Positions 61,401 to 64,000 of a stretch of DNA of 64,000 nucleotides are shown one piece after another (the first letter of the stretch is position 1; every line of letters starts with the position of its first letter). The stretch comes from Camelus dromedarius. Its lineage: Eukaryota. The stretch is from positions 4,776,001 through 4,840,000 of the forward strand of contig NC_087438.1 of the NCBI RefSeq assembly GCF_036321535.1, in the 5' to 3' direction. The notes beneath the pieces were generated by a model. It was not told the origin of the DNA. It did no database searches and saw only the letters and a list, made by a program, of their open reading frames with translations. Position numbers and translations under genes: made by a program.

Positions 61401-63131
61401 TGGTGGTGGAGTCGGCCTTTGTCTGAGACGCCCTCTTTGTTGGAAGGTGGCTCTTGAGAGACTGGCACCACCAGGTCGGTGGGGTCGGGGCTGGTGAAAG
61501 GTGTTAGTGCATTATTTCTACAGTAACTCCCCAAGTTGTAGGCTGGAGTCATCTTGGTGGGATTGACAAGGCCATTTAAAAATTCTGCTAATCTTGAGAA
61601 CCTCTTTTAAAAAAGAAAAAGAAATTCTTTCACCTTACCTCCCTTACCAGGAAATTCTGGTTCAAGACATCTGTGTTGAGATCCAGGAATCTGTATGTTT
61701 GAAAGTCTTCTGGAGTCGACCTCAGCTGAGCAGGACACTTGTGGTCTTTGTTGCATCTTACTGCTGTGATTTGCATCTGGCATCCACGCCTGTGGTCGTC
61801 ATGGTTCTGTCTTCTCCTTTATCTTCTTCGTCTTGGTCTTCTTCATCTTTGCTTTCTCACCCTCTCTCTTTTTAAGTTAAGAAACAACAAAAAAGCAAAG
61901 AGAGTAACCAAGCAGGTATGCACCCATGACTAGAGATGGCACCTTTACATAGTTGCATTTTCTATTCGTTTGGGCAGGAAGAGCTCAGCACTGGTGATGA
62001 AGCTGATGTTTTCCTCCCGCTGTTGCAATTTCCTCCCTGGTTTTTGCCCTTTCTTGGTCAGAGCTGTCGTCTCAGGATTATTGTACAACTATCTCAGATG
62101 AAAAGCTTGTCACGTGGTTTGCTTATAAATCCGCTTCCCTCCTCAAGCATCGTTTGATTGATCTCCCACCTGCAAAGCAACGGAAGCAATTACAAAAGCC
62201 CTCGCTTTACCCAAAGTCGTCACTACCAAGAATGAGCTCACCGCTAAATAATTAAACCCTCTTCCTGATCGCTGGAGGAGACAGAGGGCAAATAGAGACC
62301 CCGGGGAGGACCCTGCTTCCTACCTGGAGGAACAGATTTCCTAAATTACATGAGACTACAATAGTCCTGCACTCTCTGTTCTTTGAAAATTCGCCTTGTG
62401 CACTGACATTAAATACAAACGTACAAACACATACACTCTCCAGTTCGCAGCGCACAACTCAGGCCGAAGTTTCCTGTCCCTCAAACTATGCCCTTGAAAG
62501 AATCAGGGCAGATTTGTGTTACCTCCCGTGGTCAGTCTGAATTCACAGAAATTGCATGTTACAATACCCCGTAGTCGCTGAAAATTGCCCACTATTAACC
62601 TTCCTTACCAATAAATCACTAGACTCACGGAAGGTAATTTCAGAGACATGTAGGTGGGCTGAAATAATGACAGTTGAATGAAGTGCCAGCATTTTCACAA
62701 GAGGTCCCTCAGTGCAGATTTCTTCTAAAGATTCTAAACGGATCCTTCTTTTCAAATCCGAAGCAGGTCACTACCTAATTTACAAGGGATTGATGAGAGC
62801 TGTGTCCAGAGGCAAATGAGCTATTGGCAGCTTCACAGCACGAAGCTTTTTATTTATACGTCATGCTTTTTATTTTCCCATGTAAATCTCATGTTATCTC
62901 TACAGCACCCATGTGGACGGAGTAAAGGGAACGTTTTCTTCCCTTCCACCCCCACAGGAATGTAAAGACTCGAGAGGACAGACGACTCAGCCGAGAGCAC
63001 AATTAATAAACGGTAAAGCTGAAACCAAACCTGAATTTACCCGACCCAGTGTGTTTCTCTCCTGGATCACTGTACTTCACTAGAAACCCCCCTTAGATTA
63101 CTCTGCATCAGAGAATACATGATGGTAAAAA

Positions 63132-63552
63132 TAGTGTATCTGTTAACCCCAAACTCCTAATTTATCCCTACCTCTTTGGTAACCATAGTTTGCTTTCTAT
63201 GTCCATGAGTCTATTTCTGGTTTGTAAACAAAATTTGTGTCAATTTTTTTTTTTTTTTAGATTTCACATATTAGTGATATCACATGATATTTGTTTTTCT
63301 CTGAAAACAGCTTTTTTTGTTACCAAACCAAACTTGGGTCTACTTGTCCACTCACAGTAAAGCCAACAAGGACCTACTATACAACACAGGGAAATATATT
63401 CAGTTTCTGTAATAACATATAATGGAAAAGAATTTGAAAAGAAAAATATATATCTATGTATGTATACATATAGATGAATTGCTTTGCTGTACACCTGAAA
63501 CTAACACTGTAAATCAACTACACTTCAATAAAAAATGAAATTAAAAAAAAAA
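63132..63552 (+). mobile_element. L1 3' insertion with 5' inversion (63132-63304 antisense, 63364-63552 sense) and ~60-bp filler
   Basis: Antisense gtgtatctgttaaccccaaactcctaatttatcc; sense caacaaggacctactatacaacacaggg...aatcaactacacttcaataaaaa plus A-tail. Confidence 0.85.
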
Positions 63553-64000
63553 CACATTGGTTTACATCTTTCCCAGTATTAATCTGTCATGCTTTTATAC
63601 AGTTGAAGTGAACTCTGAAACCTCAGTTAAAATGTATCCCAAGCTGAAATTTTAACAATGAGGTAGAGAAGAGGCTGTTATCAGATGAGTACTTTTAAAA
63701 ATGTATGTTTTATATTCAAATAAACTGAAAAGAATTTAAAAAATTAGAGCGAATAAAATGCAACAGGGAGGTAAAATAAATTATTTCACACAAGTTTTAT
63801 CTTGACATTCTTAATCATTCAGTGCCATAAAGTTTTAAGGCTAAAGATTTGGCACACATACTGTAATAAAAAGTCTTCCTAGTCTGCCCCCAAAGTCTTG
63901 TGTTTTAAGTATTTCATTCCTTTATTTATTTGCTTATTTGAGAAATGATTTGGGAGCCCTACCAAGACACCCAACCTAGACTGTGTGTTTAGGACGGTCT

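Noticed and set aside
61800..61870. HSP90-like charged-linker peptide on the minus strand (KKTKTKKIKEK)
   Set aside because: Similarity is confined to a short low-complexity lysine-rich stretch and a stop follows within a few codons; not a supportable processed pseudogene.
1..64000. A novel multi-gene system, or a horizontally acquired or viral insert
   Set aside because: I saw no long ORF, operon-like organisation or compositionally foreign block; the content fits ordinary mammalian intergenic or intronic DNA.

Overview
Mammalian (eutherian) genomic DNA that is gene-poor and rich in transposable elements. It is most likely camelid: there are three tRNA-headed SINEs of the camelid (Vic-1-like) type and artiodactyl-style L1 3' UTRs, and I recognised no Alu, B1, BovB or CHR elements. 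I recognise no protein-coding gene, structural RNA gene, CRISPR array or prokaryotic system. The ORFs in the track with recognisable translations are L1 ORF2 remnants; the rest look like chance ORFs. Roughly half the window is explained by L1, L2, MIR, MaLR/ERVL LTRs and DNA-transposon fossils (hAT-Charlie, Tigger-like). Subfamily names are from memory of consensus sequences and boundaries are approximate. The more notable observations: four independent 5'-inverted (twin-primed) L1 insertions, one with an LTR-like filler at the inversion junction; two L1 copies truncated at the 3' end at an internal A-rich tract; recurrent microsatellite birth at one homologous L1 position; a small CpG-rich promoter-like element with a strong splice donor near 29.6-30.2 kb; and several isolated exon-like segments that may belong to unannotated, probably non-coding, transcripts. 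I found no evidence of a genuinely new biological system.
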